The notes: generated by a model not told the origin, from the sequence alone. Counted from the stretch's first letter, positions 20,290 to 31,306 are shown. The stretch is DNA of 64,000 bases from an uncultured Alphaproteobacteria bacterium (GCA_944392225.1 CALXWB010000003.1:8723-72722); one strand, 5' to 3'. Numbers and translations: made by a program.

Positions 20290-23046
20290 CTAGTGGGCTT
20301 GGGTCCAGTCATCACCGATACCGACTTCGGCAACGAAAGGCACGGCTAAATCCACCACGCTTTCCATAGTCTTTTTTATCATCGCGGCGGCTTTTTCCAC
20401 CTCATCTAACGGTGCTTCAAAAACCAACTCATCATGCACTTGCAAGAGCATCTTGGTTTTATATCCGCCCTCTTCCAGTTCTCTTTGCACAGCAATCATC
20501 GCGCGTTTGATGATATCTGCCGCACCGCCTTGAATCGGCGCATTGATGGCGGCTCTTTCAGCATTGGCAACAATGCGTTTGTTTTTATCATTAATGCCCA
20601 TAATCGAGCATTTGCGCCCAAATGGCGTCAGCACATAGCCGTATTGATGGGCAAACATGGTGGTTTGTTCCATATATTTTTTAATCTCGGGCATTTGGGC
20701 AAAATATGCATCAATATATCTCTTTGCTTCTTCATTGCTGACATCAATTTGTTTGGCCAAGCCATATTGCGAAATTCCGTAAACAATGCCAAAATTGATG
20801 GCCTTGGCATGGCGGCGCATATTGGCATCCACCTCGTCATAAGGCACGCCGAAAACTTTTGAAGCGGTGGCGGCGTGAATGTCTATGCCTTGCTCAAAAG
20901 CGTGTTTCAAGCCCTTAACATCAGCCACAGATGCCAGCAAGCGGAGCTCAACCTGCGAATAGTCGGAAGCAATTATCTTGCAGCCCTCTTTGGCGATAAA
21001 GCACTCACGAATTTTTTTGCCTTCTTCACTTCTAATCGGGATATTTTGCAAATTGGGGTTGGACGAAGCCAAACGACCGGTGTTGACCACGGTTTGGTTA
21101 AAAGTGGTATGCAAGCGACTATCTTTATCCAGCAAGTTAATCAAAGCATCGGTATAAGTGGATTTGAGCTTGCTAAAGCCGCGCCAATCTAAAATTTTGG
21201 CAGCCAGCAAATTGCCCTCGGCGGCCAGATTTTCCAGCACATCAGCCCCGGTTTGCCAAGCCCCGGTTGCGGTTTTCTTACCCTTGGCACCGAGTTTGCC
21301 AAACAAAATTTCGCCGATTTGTTTGGGTGAGCCAATGTTAAACTCTTCTCCGGCAAGTTTATAAATTTCTTGCTCGTATTCTTTCAATTTTTTATCAAAC
21401 TCTTGGCTCAGATTCATGAGTTTTTGTTTATCAACCATCACACCTTGTTTTTCCATTTTTTGCAAAATGGCAATCAACGGGCGGTCATAGTTCTCATAAA
21501 CGGCAATTTTTTTCTCTTTAACCAATCTTGGCTTCAAAACATGATACAAGCGCAAGGTGATATCGGCATCTTCGGCAGCATAGTCCAACGCCTTGTCCAA
21601 AGGCACATAGTCAAAGGTGATTTTATCTTTGCCGGTGCCGCAAACATCTTCATAATGAATGGTTTTATATGACAAAAACTTTTCTGCCAGCTCATCCATG
21701 CCGTGCCCATGCTCGGAGCTATCCAAGTCATAAGATAAAACAGCCGTGTCTTCTATTGGGAAAATCTCGTTTTCTTCGCCAATCACTTGGGCAAAGAAGT
21801 GCATATCAAATTTGATATTATGGCCGATTTTCAAAATGCTCTTATCGGTCATAATCGGGCTCAAATATTTGGCAACAGTAGCAAAATCAAGCTGTTTTAT
21901 CTCATAACTTTCCGAAGCAAACAAATCACGATTTTGGGATTTATGCTTCAAAGGCACATAACAAGCCACGCCCTCTTCCACCGCCATGGAAAAACCGACG
22001 ATTTTATCAAAAGTGGGATTGATGCCCGTGGTTTCGGTATCAAAAGCAAAGACGCCTTTATTTCTTATCGTATCTGCCCAGCGCTTTAAGCCTTGCTCAT
22101 CTTGCACCAGCTCATAGTGCTTTTCCACCTCTTTAAATACGGTGTTCAGGTCTTGATTTTCCTCATCTGGCAGGCTGTTGCATCTGACCTCTGCCCAGCG
22201 CTGGAGTCTTGGTTTTAAGCTCACAAAACCATATAAATCGACAAACTTTTCAATATCTTCAAACACCGGTTTGTGGCAAGCGTAAGCCTCAATTTGTTTT
22301 TCAACCGGGACATCTTTTTTCAAGGTGACAAGCTGCAAAGAAATGAGCGCATTTTCTTTATTTTCCAGCAAGGTCTCTCGTCTTTTGTTTTGCTTAATCT
22401 CACCGGCGCGGTCCAACACCTCTTGCAGGGAGCCAAACTCGTTCACCAACTGCGCCGCGGTTTTTAAACCAATACCGGGGACGCCGGGGACATTATCAAT
22501 GCTATCTCCCGCCAGAGCCTGAACATCGACCACTTTATCGGGATAAACGCCGAATTTTTCTTTCACATCTTCGGGAGAGAAAAACTTATCTTTCATCGGG
22601 TCATAAAAGCGGACGCCGGGGCGAATCAGCTGCATTAAATCTTTATCCGCCGAAACCACAACCACCTCATAGCCTTTATTCAAGGCTTGGTCGGCATAGG
22701 TGGCAATCAGGTCATCGGCCTCATAGCCTTCCATCTCCAGTTGGTTCAAGTTCAAAGCCTTAACAGCTTCTCTTATTATCGGAAATTGGGGAATCAGCTC
22801 TTCGGGAATCTCTTTTCGGGTGCCTTTATAGTCAGGAAAAAAATCGTTGCGGAAATTTTTTCTTTTCGCATCAAAAAGCACCAAAGAATAATCACAAGGG
22901 ATATTCTGCGTCAGCCGCAAAAACATATTGGTAAAGCCATAAACGGCATTGACCGGCGTGCCATCCGGCGCGGTTAAATTAGGAATCCCGTAAAAAGCTC
23001 TGAAAATATAGCCCGAGCCATCAACCAAACAGACCGTTTTTGTCAT
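20290..23046 (-). CDS. polA: DNA polymerase I
   Basis: 5'-3' exonuclease, 3'-5' exonuclease and polymerase motifs (…RRHAKAINFGIVYG…, …QVHDELVFE…). 918 aa. Confidence 0.95.
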   Translation of the reverse strand: MTKTVCLVDGSGYIFRAFYGIPNLTAPDGTPVNAVYGFTNMFLRLTQNIPCDYSLVLFDAKRKNFRNDFFPDYKGTRKEIPEELIPQFPIIREAVKALNLNQLEMEGYEADDLIATYADQALNKGYEVVVVSADKDLMQLIRPGVRFYDPMKDKFFSPEDVKEKFGVYPDKVVDVQALAGDSIDNVPGVPGIGLKTAAQLVNEFGSLQEVLDRAGEIKQNKRRETLLENKENALISLQLVTLKKDVPVEKQIEAYACHKPVFEDIEKFVDLYGFVSLKPRLQRWAEVRCNSLPDEENQDLNTVFKEVEKHYELVQDEQGLKRWADTIRNKGVFAFDTETTGINPTFDKIVGFSMAVEEGVACYVPLKHKSQNRDLFASESYEIKQLDFATVAKYLSPIMTDKSILKIGHNIKFDMHFFAQVIGEENEIFPIEDTAVLSYDLDSSEHGHGMDELAEKFLSYKTIHYEDVCGTGKDKITFDYVPLDKALDYAAEDADITLRLYHVLKPRLVKEKKIAVYENYDRPLIAILQKMEKQGVMVDKQKLMNLSQEFDKKLKEYEQEIYKLAGEEFNIGSPKQIGEILFGKLGAKGKKTATGAWQTGADVLENLAAEGNLLAAKILDWRGFSKLKSTYTDALINLLDKDSRLHTTFNQTVVNTGRLASSNPNLQNIPIRSEEGKKIRECFIAKEGCKIIASDYSQVELRLLASVADVKGLKHAFEQGIDIHAATASKVFGVPYDEVDANMRRHAKAINFGIVYGISQYGLAKQIDVSNEEAKRYIDAYFAQMPEIKKYMEQTTMFAHQYGYVLTPFGRKCSIMGINDKNKRIVANAERAAINAPIQGGAADIIKRAMIAVQRELEEGGYKTKMLLQVHDELVFEAPLDEVEKAAAMIKKTMESVVDLAVPFVAEVGIGDDWTQAH

Positions 23047-23080
23047 TTTTCCTCCTGCTTGTGCCAGTAGGATTTAAAAC

Positions 23081-23281
23081 TTATTCACCAATGGATAAAA
23101 AGAATGAGCGTTCCAAATTGTCTACCGAGCATAAATCGGTTTTATATACATCTTCATAATCTTCAACATATGCTGAAAGCGCCGATAAGGCAACATCATT
23201 TATGCTTTGACCGCTTTTCTCAGCAATTTTTGCCAGTTTTTGCATTAAATCTTCATCAATTTTAAGAGAAATGTCAGTCAT
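23081..23281 (-). CDS. Ribbon-helix-helix (CopG/ParD-like) small DNA-binding protein, orphan
   Basis: MTDISLKIDEDLMQKLAKIAEKSGQSINDVALSAL… beta-alpha-alpha RHH pattern. No adjacent toxin gene. Confidence 0.45.
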   Translation of the reverse strand: MTDISLKIDEDLMQKLAKIAEKSGQSINDVALSALSAYVEDYEDVYKTDLCSVDNLERSFFLSIGE

Positions 23282-23346
23282 AAAATGTTCCTTAATCTTT
23301 TGATGTTATAACTTTGTGTTATCTATGAACAATGTTTTAAAATATT

Positions 23347-25182
23347 TTGCGAATCGGCGCAAGAATAAAAAAGGGGCGAATCGTGGCAAAAGCTAAGAAA
23401 AAAACAACAAAAAGAAAAAAAAGAGAGTCAAAACAAAAACTTAAGAATCGGCATATTCTCTTAAAAATTTTTGCCGTCTTGGTGATAACTTTTTTTGCTT
23501 ATATCGGTTATTGTATCATCACCCTTCCTGATATTAACGAAGCTATTAATCGCACACGCCAGCCCTCCACCACCATCGCCGCCGAAAACGGCAATGAAGT
23601 CACCACTTTCGGCAGTGTTTATTCCGAGGTGATTACCGTGGACGAGCTGCCGCCTTATGTGGTTGACGCCATTCTCTCCACCGAAGACAGGCGCTTTTAT
23701 TATCATTTCGGCTTTGATGTCATTTCCTTTACCCGCGCCATGCTGACCAATATGTTTCTCGGGCGCTATGCGCAAGGCGGCAGCACCATCACACAGCAAG
23801 TGGCCAAAAACCTCTTTTTGACACCAAACAAAAATATCAAACGCAAAACTCAAGAATTGCTCCTGGCTTTCTGGCTCGAATATAAATTCACAAAAGACCA
23901 AATTTTGGCACTTTATCTCAACCGTGTTTATTTGGGCGCCGGAACTTACGGTATTGAAGCGGCCAGCCAAAAATATTTTCAAAAATCTTCTCGCGACCTT
24001 AACCTCAAAGAAGCCGCCGTGATTGCAGGTATGCTCAAAGCTCCTTCCCGCTATAACCCCATTGCCTCGGAAAAACGCGCGGTTGAGCGCGCCAAGGTGG
24101 TGCTCCAAAATATGGTGGATAATGACAAAATCACGCAAATGCAAGCGGACAACGCACTCAAAATGCGCCTTGGACCGGAAAAGAAATATAACGTGAAAGA
24201 TGCCATGCATTTTGCCGATTGGGTTTATAATGACGTTAACTCTTATATCGGCGAACGCACGAATGATATTTATGTTTTGACCACGCTTGACCAAGATTTG
24301 CAGCAAGCCGCATCGGATATTTTGGAAAGCACCATCAAAAAATATGCCGCCTCGCGCAATGTGCATCAAGGTGCAATTGTGGTGATGGACAAAAGCGGCG
24401 GGGTTAAAGCCATGGTCGGCGGCGTGGATTATGCCAAAAGCCAGTTCAACCGCGCCACACAAGCTTTGCGCCAACCGGGCTCATCTTTCAAGACTTTTGT
24501 TTATCTCACCGCTTTGCAAGAAGGATTTTCTCCCGATGACAAAATTATGGACTCTCCTCTTTCCATCGGCAAGTGGAAGCCGGAAAATGCTGACCGCAAA
24601 TATCACGGCGAAGTAACACTCACCCAAGCGTTGGCTCATTCTTACAACTTGGCCACAATTCATCTTTCGGAAATGCTTAACCGCAGCAACATCATTAAAA
24701 ACGCTCAGCGCATGGGTATTACCACCGAGATTGAAAATTCTCCGGCTTTGGCACTCGGCACCTCGGAGGTGAAAGTGATTGATATGGCCACGGCTTATAC
24801 TTCGCTTGCCAACGGCGGCTATGCGGTTATCCCTTATGCCATTAAGGAGATTTACAGCAAAGACGGATATCAGCTCTATCAACGTAATATCGATGATGAA
24901 AACCAAATTTTGGATGAGCGTGATGTGGAACAACTGACCCAAATGTTGCAAGAAGTTATAATGTCCGGCACGGGCAAACGCGCACGAATCAACGGATTTG
25001 CCGCCGGGAAAACCGGCACCAGCCAAGATAACCGCGATGCTTGGTTTGTGGGCTATACCGATAACCTTGTGGCTGCTGTTTGGCTCGGAAATGATGATAG
25101 CTCGCCGATGAAAAATGTTTCCGGCTCAAACCTGCCGGCTGAAATTTGGCAGAAAATCATGTCTGCGGCACAAAAAATTTAA
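23347..25182 (+). CDS. Class A penicillin-binding protein (GT51 transglycosylase plus transpeptidase)
   Basis: GT51 motifs (EDRRFYYHFG, GGSTITQQ) and transpeptidase motifs (SSFKTFVY, KTGTS). Lys-rich cytoplasmic N-tail followed by a TM segment. Confidence 0.9.
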   Translation: MRIGARIKKGRIVAKAKKKTTKRKKRESKQKLKNRHILLKIFAVLVITFFAYIGYCIITLPDINEAINRTRQPSTTIAAENGNEVTTFGSVYSEVITVDELPPYVVDAILSTEDRRFYYHFGFDVISFTRAMLTNMFLGRYAQGGSTITQQVAKNLFLTPNKNIKRKTQELLLAFWLEYKFTKDQILALYLNRVYLGAGTYGIEAASQKYFQKSSRDLNLKEAAVIAGMLKAPSRYNPIASEKRAVERAKVVLQNMVDNDKITQMQADNALKMRLGPEKKYNVKDAMHFADWVYNDVNSYIGERTNDIYVLTTLDQDLQQAASDILESTIKKYAASRNVHQGAIVVMDKSGGVKAMVGGVDYAKSQFNRATQALRQPGSSFKTFVYLTALQEGFSPDDKIMDSPLSIGKWKPENADRKYHGEVTLTQALAHSYNLATIHLSEMLNRSNIIKNAQRMGITTEIENSPALALGTSEVKVIDMATAYTSLANGGYAVIPYAIKEIYSKDGYQLYQRNIDDENQILDERDVEQLTQMLQEVIMSGTGKRARINGFAAGKTGTSQDNRDAWFVGYTDNLVAAVWLGNDDSSPMKNVSGSNLPAEIWQKIMSAAQKI

Positions 25183-25202
25183 CTTGTTAAAGGAAAATTA
25201 TC

Positions 25203-25340
25203 ATGAGAAAAATTCTTTGGGGCTTTGTGGTTATTTTTGTTTTCTTTGCCATTGTTTTTTCCGTTGCTTTTATCTTGGATGAAAAAAGCGATAATGTCAT
25301 TATTTCTGCCGAAGAAACACCACAAATTTTTAACAACTAA
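25203..25340 (+). CDS. Putative 45-aa small membrane protein
   Basis: ATG 7 nt after an aggaaa RBS-like sequence. Single hydrophobic helix (ILWGFVVIFVFFAIVFSVAFIL). Not in the ORF track (<60 aa). Confidence 0.3.
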   Translation: MRKILWGFVVIFVFFAIVFSVAFILDEKSDNVIISAEETPQIFNN

Positions 25341-25447
25341 AAAAGTTTGATTAAATGCAAAAAAAATAGTGCTTTTCTGTTCAAAATTATTATATATAAT
25401 GAGCAGAAATGTTTTGTTGATTTTTAGTTTATTTATAAGGAAAAATA

Positions 25448-26980
25448 ATGACTCAAAAACCTGTTATGTTGCTTGTCCTCGACGGATGGGGATATCGTGA
25501 AAAAATTACCAAAGATAACGCCATTGAAGAAGGTCATACTCCGAACTGGCACAATTTGTTGAAAACTTATCCGCATTGCTTTGTGGAAACTTCCGGGCTT
25601 TCTGTCGGCTTGCCCGAAGGTCAAATGGGAAACTCGGAAGTCGGCCATATGAACCTGGGCGCCGGCCGCGTCGTGATGCAAGAATTGCCGCGCATTGACC
25701 AAGCCATTAAAGACGGCTCTTTTGCCAAAAACCCGGTTTTGAATGAACTTATCAACACCCTTAAAGCCAACGGCAAGGTTTGTCATTTGATGGGCTTGAT
25801 GAGCTCCGGCGGCGTGCATGCCTCTCAAGACCATATTGTGGCTGCTTGCCAAGTTTTGAACAACAGTGGAATTACGACCTATGTTCACGCTTTTTTGGAC
25901 GGCCGCGACACACCGCCGCAATCTGCCGTTGATTTTTTGGCTGATTTTGAAAAAAGTATTGCAAATATGCCTCATGTTAAAATCGTTACCATTGAAGGTC
26001 GTTTTTATGCCATGGACAGAGATAAACGCTGGGACAGAATCGAACTTGCCTACAATAATATTGCTTTTGCCGAAGGTAAAAAATATGCTTCTGCCGATGA
26101 AGCCATCAAAGCCTCATATGCCGCAGGCGTGAATGATGAATTTGTGGTTCCTTGCGTGATTGGCGACTATCAAGGTATGCAAGACGGTGATGCCGTTTTG
26201 ATGATGAACTTTAGAGCCGACCGTGCCCGTGAAATTCTCTATGCTTTAGCTGACAAAGATTTCAACGGTTTTGCTCGCAAAAAAACCATTCAAACCTCCA
26301 TTAACGTTGGTTTGACAGAATATTCGGTTGATCACCAGCGCTTTATGAAAACCATGTTTGGTCCCGAATCTTTGAAAAATATTTTCGGTGAAGTGGTGGC
26401 CGACCATGGTTTGACCCAACTCCGCATCGCCGAAACCGAAAAATATGCCCATGTTACCTTCTTCTTTAACGGCGGTGAAGAACGCAAGTTCAAAGGTGAA
26501 GAACGAATCCTCGTTCCATCACCAAAAGTGGCCACTTATGACCTCAAACCCGAGATGAGTGTTTATGAAGTGACAGAAAAATTGGTTGATGCCATTGAAA
26601 ACCAACGTTTTGATGCCATTATCTGCAATTTTGCCAACGGCGATATGGTCGGGCATACCGGCATTATGGAAGCTGCCCTCAAGGCCGTTGCCGCCGTTGA
26701 TGAATGCTTGGGCAAAGTGGTTAATGCCATCAAGAAAGTGGGCGGCGTGCTCTTTGTGACCGCAGACCACGGCAATGTGGAAAAAATGGTTGATGAAAAA
26801 ACCGGTGCACCTTACACCGCACATACCGTCGGCAAAGTTCAAGGCGTGTTGGTCAACTGCCAAATGCCGATTAAAGGTTTGCATGACGGCAAACTTGCCG
26901 ATATTGCCCCGACTTTACTTGAGCTCCTTCATATTGAAAAACCTGCTGAAATGACGGGGCGTTCTTTGATTGAAAAATAA
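25448..26980 (+). CDS. gpmI: 2,3-bisphosphoglycerate-independent phosphoglycerate mutase
   Basis: 510 aa with typical iPGM sequence throughout. Confidence 0.93.
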   Translation: MTQKPVMLLVLDGWGYREKITKDNAIEEGHTPNWHNLLKTYPHCFVETSGLSVGLPEGQMGNSEVGHMNLGAGRVVMQELPRIDQAIKDGSFAKNPVLNELINTLKANGKVCHLMGLMSSGGVHASQDHIVAACQVLNNSGITTYVHAFLDGRDTPPQSAVDFLADFEKSIANMPHVKIVTIEGRFYAMDRDKRWDRIELAYNNIAFAEGKKYASADEAIKASYAAGVNDEFVVPCVIGDYQGMQDGDAVLMMNFRADRAREILYALADKDFNGFARKKTIQTSINVGLTEYSVDHQRFMKTMFGPESLKNIFGEVVADHGLTQLRIAETEKYAHVTFFFNGGEERKFKGEERILVPSPKVATYDLKPEMSVYEVTEKLVDAIENQRFDAIICNFANGDMVGHTGIMEAALKAVAAVDECLGKVVNAIKKVGGVLFVTADHGNVEKMVDEKTGAPYTAHTVGKVQGVLVNCQMPIKGLHDGKLADIAPTLLELLHIEKPAEMTGRSLIEK

Positions 26981-26994
26981 GTAAAGGAAAAATT

Positions 26995-28248
26995 TTGAAA
27001 ACAAAGGCGGTCATAACTCTTGCTTTTTCTTTGTTGTTTGCTTTTGCAAACACAACGCATGATGCTATGGCCGCCAAAGTTTCCAAGCAAGAGCTGGAGC
27101 GCATGGAAAAACAAGTGGAGCTCCAAAACAAAGAACACCAAAAACTCAAAGAACAGGCTTCAAAAATCAATCAAGAGCTCAACGAAGTCAGCCAAGAAAT
27201 GGTGCAAACCGCCAAAAAAATTCAAAATAACGAAGATAAAATTTCTTCTATGGAAAATCAGCTGAAAACACTGCAAGAACAGCTCAAAGAAGCTGAAACC
27301 GGCTTCCTCTCTCAAGACCAAAATCTCATTAAAACTCTTTCTGCTTTGCAAAACTTGGCCCTCAAACCAACCGAGGCACTTTTTGTGCAACCCTTGACCC
27401 CGGTGGAAACCATTCGCAGCGCAATTTTGCTTCGCGAATCCGTGCCTTATCTTGAGCAAAATGCAGCTCAAATCCGCATCAACCTTAAAAATATTACCAA
27501 GAAAAAAATTCAGATTGAAAAACAAGTGGCCAAAATTACGGCGCAGAAAAATATTTTGGAACAAGAACACGAAAAAATGAAGGCGCTGGTGCAGAAAAAA
27601 TCTAAAATCCGCAACAAAATCGTGATTGAAACAGCCAATGCCAAACGCAAGGTTGAAAAACTTGCCTCTCAGGCTAATGACCTGCGCGACCTTTTGAACA
27701 AACTTGAAAAAGAACGCCAGCTCAAAGCTAAAAAAGAAGCTCAACGTTTGGCAAAACTGCGTGCCGAAGAAGAAAAAAAATTGGCCGAACAGAAAAAACT
27801 TGAGCAAACTCAAAGTGCTGACTTGATTAAATATTCTTCCGATATTATAAAAGATTTAGGAAAAGCTTTTGTTAAGGCTAAGGGAAAATTGCCAATGCCT
27901 GCCAGAGGAACCATTCTGGCAACCTTTGGCGAGGAGAAAACCAAAGGCGTGGTTAATAAGGGAATCATTATTAAAACACGCAATATGGCTCAAGTTACCT
28001 CTCCTTTTGACGGCTCAGTCTTGTTTGCCGGCCCGTTCAGAGGTTATGGTAATATGATCATTATTGAGCATGGCGCCGGTTATCTAACCTTGCTTGCCGG
28101 GCTTGAAGATATTGACTGCGAGCTCGGACAGATGCTTCTGGCCGGTGAACCCGTCGGTCAAATGCCTGACAGCAAAAACGCCAAACTCTATGTTGAGCTC
28201 AGACATAATAACCAACCGATTGACCCGATGCCTTGGTATATGAATTGA
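26995..28248 (+). CDS. envC: EnvC-like murein hydrolase activator (coiled-coil plus LytM/M23 domain)
   Basis: Signal peptide, long coiled-coil, C-terminal M23/LytM domain. Conserved gpmI-envC-ctpA-yibQ synteny. Confidence 0.8.
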   Translation: MKTKAVITLAFSLLFAFANTTHDAMAAKVSKQELERMEKQVELQNKEHQKLKEQASKINQELNEVSQEMVQTAKKIQNNEDKISSMENQLKTLQEQLKEAETGFLSQDQNLIKTLSALQNLALKPTEALFVQPLTPVETIRSAILLRESVPYLEQNAAQIRINLKNITKKKIQIEKQVAKITAQKNILEQEHEKMKALVQKKSKIRNKIVIETANAKRKVEKLASQANDLRDLLNKLEKERQLKAKKEAQRLAKLRAEEEKKLAEQKKLEQTQSADLIKYSSDIIKDLGKAFVKAKGKLPMPARGTILATFGEEKTKGVVNKGIIIKTRNMAQVTSPFDGSVLFAGPFRGYGNMIIIEHGAGYLTLLAGLEDIDCELGQMLLAGEPVGQMPDSKNAKLYVELRHNNQPIDPMPWYMN

Positions 28249-28270
28249 TATAAATTATGGGAAAAAAAAC

Positions 28271-29563
28271 ATGAAGAACAAATGGTCCGTATTTACTGCT
28301 TCTCTCCTCACAATTGCTGTTTTGTCCACACCCGTTTGGGCCGCTGATAAAAAAACAGAAAAAGAAGATCCTGCCGATACATATGAAATGCTCAACCTTT
28401 TCGGTGAGGTTTTGGAAAGAACAAAAACTTCTTATGTGGAAGATGTGACAGATAAAAAACTCATCGAATCGGCCATTAACGGTATGCTCGTTTCTCTTGA
28501 CCCACACTCCAGCTATTTGGACGAACAAAGCTTTAAGTATATGAACGAACAAACTAAAGGCAAGTTCGGCGGCTTGGGAATCGAAGTGACCATGGAAAAC
28601 GGCGTGGTTAAGGTTGTGTCCCCGATTGATGATACGCCGGCCTCAAAAGCCGGTTTGAAACCCGGGGATTATATCACGCATATTGACGGCGAGCAGGTGG
28701 TGGGTATGAGCCTCAATGATGCCGTGGATAAAATGCGCGGCAAGGTCGGCACAAAAGTCAAATTGACCGTGCGTCGCGCCAACAACCCCAAACCCATTGA
28801 AGTAACCCTCAAACGTGAGGAAATTAAAATCCAATCGGTTAAATCTCAGATCAAAGAAGATGATGTGATTTATATCCGAATCACTTCTTTCTCCGAAGAT
28901 GTTGATAAAAATATTGAAAAAGACTTCAACAAGCTCAAAAAACAAATCAAAGGAAAACCGGCAGGTATTGTTTTGGACGTGCGCAACAACCCAGGCGGGT
29001 TGCTTGACCAGGCCGTTAATGTTTCTGACTTGTTCCTTGATAAAGGCGAAATTGTTTCCACCCGCTCAAAAAATGAGGAAGATACGGTAAAATATACCGC
29101 AACCGAAGGTGATATTGCTCAAGGCTTGCCGATTGTGGTGCTGGTCAATGACGGTTCCGCTTCAGCCTCAGAAATTGTGGCCGGCGCTCTGCAAGACCAT
29201 AAACGCGCCATTCTCATGGGTGAAAAAACCTTTGGCAAAGGCTCGGTTCAGACCGTTATTCCTTTGGGAAAACACGGCGCCATGCGTTTGACAACCGCTC
29301 GCTATTATACGCCTTCCGGCCGCTCCATCCAAGCCACAGGTATTGTGCCGGATGTGGAGGTTAAACCGGCGAAGGTGGAAGAAATTGATAAAGGTGTTAA
29401 CTTTAGCGAAGCTGAGTTTGGTAATGCTTTGAAAAATGAAAATCAAAAAGCAAATACCGGCAAAGCTAAAAAGCAAGATGATGAACTCAAGAAAGATTAT
29501 CAACTCTCACGTGCCGTGGATATGGTTAAGGCTTTGAGTATTTATGCGGCCGGCACTAAATAA
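28271..29563 (+). CDS. ctpA: Carboxyl-terminal processing protease (S41)
   Basis: PDZ domain plus S41 catalytic region (…GSASASEIVAGALQD…). Signal peptide. Confidence 0.9.
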   Translation: MKNKWSVFTASLLTIAVLSTPVWAADKKTEKEDPADTYEMLNLFGEVLERTKTSYVEDVTDKKLIESAINGMLVSLDPHSSYLDEQSFKYMNEQTKGKFGGLGIEVTMENGVVKVVSPIDDTPASKAGLKPGDYITHIDGEQVVGMSLNDAVDKMRGKVGTKVKLTVRRANNPKPIEVTLKREEIKIQSVKSQIKEDDVIYIRITSFSEDVDKNIEKDFNKLKKQIKGKPAGIVLDVRNNPGGLLDQAVNVSDLFLDKGEIVSTRSKNEEDTVKYTATEGDIAQGLPIVVLVNDGSASASEIVAGALQDHKRAILMGEKTFGKGSVQTVIPLGKHGAMRLTTARYYTPSGRSIQATGIVPDVEVKPAKVEEIDKGVNFSEAEFGNALKNENQKANTGKAKKQDDELKKDYQLSRAVDMVKALSIYAAGTK

Positions 29564-29581
29564 TATTTTGAGGAGCTTTTT

Positions 29582-30745
29582 ATGAGCGACAAACAAAAAA
29601 AATTTAAGTTCTTTATTCTGATTGTTCTTGCCCTGTTTGTGGTTGTTCTTTCGGGATATTTCTTTGCCGCTCAAAAAAGCACGCCTGAATATCGTTCCAA
29701 AATTGAGCGAATCATGTTTGAAAAAAAGAACAAAGCTCCCAAATATATTCTCACTCTGCCAGAAAAAGGTTCTCCTCAACCGCAAAAAACCGAACAAATT
29801 GCCCAAGAACCCATAAAAGAAGAGCCTCCGCAAAAGCTTGAAACCATGTCTGACTTTGTTAAAGCGGCACCACTTATCATGAAACTTAAAGCTGCGAATG
29901 GACAATATGCCCTGTCTGTGCTTGAAAATAATCCCGACCTGACAGAAAAACAAGGGAACCTCATCTTGCCCAAAATTTCTGATAAAAACAAAAAACCATG
30001 GATTGAATATGGCAAAAATGTTGATGTGGCTCCTAATTTTTACAAAATTGCCGTGGTTTTAAAAAATATCGGAATCGATCAGGCCGCTTTTCCAAATATT
30101 AATGCAGCCATGCCGTCAGAGGTTTCTTTTTCTTTCTCTCCTTATACGATTGATGCCGGAAAATTGATTGTTGATGCCAGAAAAAAAGGTCATGAAACCT
30201 ATGTTGATTTGCTCTTGGCTTCCAGGGATATTTTGAAAGCCGATAACGGACCGTTGTCCGTCGGTCTCACCACCTCAACCGAAGAAAACAAACAAAGACT
30301 GCTTAAAACCTTGTCGGTAAATGCCCCTATCGGCGGTATGGTTATTGCCGATGGCATGGTTGACAAAACAACCTCAGACTTGTTGACACAATATCTTAAA
30401 GAGCTTAAAAACCGCGGACTTTTGATGATTGATGCCACAACAGAAAAAGGTGTTGATGAGATCAAGACACCGCAACTGCCTCGAAGAAAGGCTGATATTG
30501 TTGTTGATGATGATTTTTCTTGGGAAAATATGAAAAACATCACCGCAAAAGCTGAAAAAATTGCTCAGGAAAAAGGCCAGGTTTTGATTGTGGCCACCCC
30601 AAAACCCATCGTGGTTACCGCTCTTAAAAATTGGTTTGAAACTTTTTCTCCGCAGCTTTCTTATGAACAAATGAAAGAGCAAAATATCACAACAATCGAA
30701 CATCCTTTTGCTTTGGTTCCCGTTTCTAACCTGGTGGTGGAATAA
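29582..30745 (+). CDS. Divergent polysaccharide deacetylase family protein (YibQ-like)
   Basis: N-terminal TM segment and YibQ-like C-terminal domain. Synteny downstream of envC-ctpA. Confidence 0.7.
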   Translation: MSDKQKKFKFFILIVLALFVVVLSGYFFAAQKSTPEYRSKIERIMFEKKNKAPKYILTLPEKGSPQPQKTEQIAQEPIKEEPPQKLETMSDFVKAAPLIMKLKAANGQYALSVLENNPDLTEKQGNLILPKISDKNKKPWIEYGKNVDVAPNFYKIAVVLKNIGIDQAAFPNINAAMPSEVSFSFSPYTIDAGKLIVDARKKGHETYVDLLLASRDILKADNGPLSVGLTTSTEENKQRLLKTLSVNAPIGGMVIADGMVDKTTSDLLTQYLKELKNRGLLMIDATTEKGVDEIKTPQLPRRKADIVVDDDFSWENMKNITAKAEKIAQEKGQVLIVATPKPIVVTALKNWFETFSPQLSYEQMKEQNITTIEHPFALVPVSNLVVE

Positions 30746-31236
30746 TGTCTGAATTATATCGCAAAAATGCCGGTATTGTCCTTTGCAATGCTCAAGGAAA
30801 GGTTCTTTCTTGCCAAAGGGTCGATAGCGCTGACAAGCTTAAATCATGGCAGTTTCCGCAAGGCGGTATTGAGATCGGAGAAACCCCTTTGGCGGCAGCT
30901 TATCGTGAGCTGAAAGAAGAAACCGGCGTTTCTCAGGTTAAGCTGATTGCACAATATCCCGAACCACTGAAATATCGTTTTATCCCCGAAATTATTGCAA
31001 AATTTCAAAAACTCGGTAGAAAAAATATTGGCCAAGAACAATATTGGTTTTTGTTCTTGCACTTGGGTTCTGATGATGAAATCAATTTCAAAACCAACCC
31101 ACAAGAAATTGAATTTCAAAATTATCAATGGATTGATATCTTGGACGCTCCTGCTCGCGTGGTTGAATTTAAGCGCAAGGTTTATGAAAAAGTGTGTGCT
31201 TATTTTGCGCCGATTATCCAAAAACAAATGAACTAA
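30745..31236 (+). CDS. rppH: RNA pyrophosphohydrolase (Nudix)
   Basis: Nudix box GGIEIGETPLAAAYRELKEETG. Confidence 0.85.
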   Translation: MSELYRKNAGIVLCNAQGKVLSCQRVDSADKLKSWQFPQGGIEIGETPLAAAYRELKEETGVSQVKLIAQYPEPLKYRFIPEIIAKFQKLGRKNIGQEQYWFLFLHLGSDDEINFKTNPQEIEFQNYQWIDILDAPARVVEFKRKVYEKVCAYFAPIIQKQMN

Positions 31237-31306
31237 ATTTTTTTCTTTTATCAATGGCTTTTTTGTGATATTATCTTTTTGTTGCAACGGATGAAAAGAT
31301 AATGCT

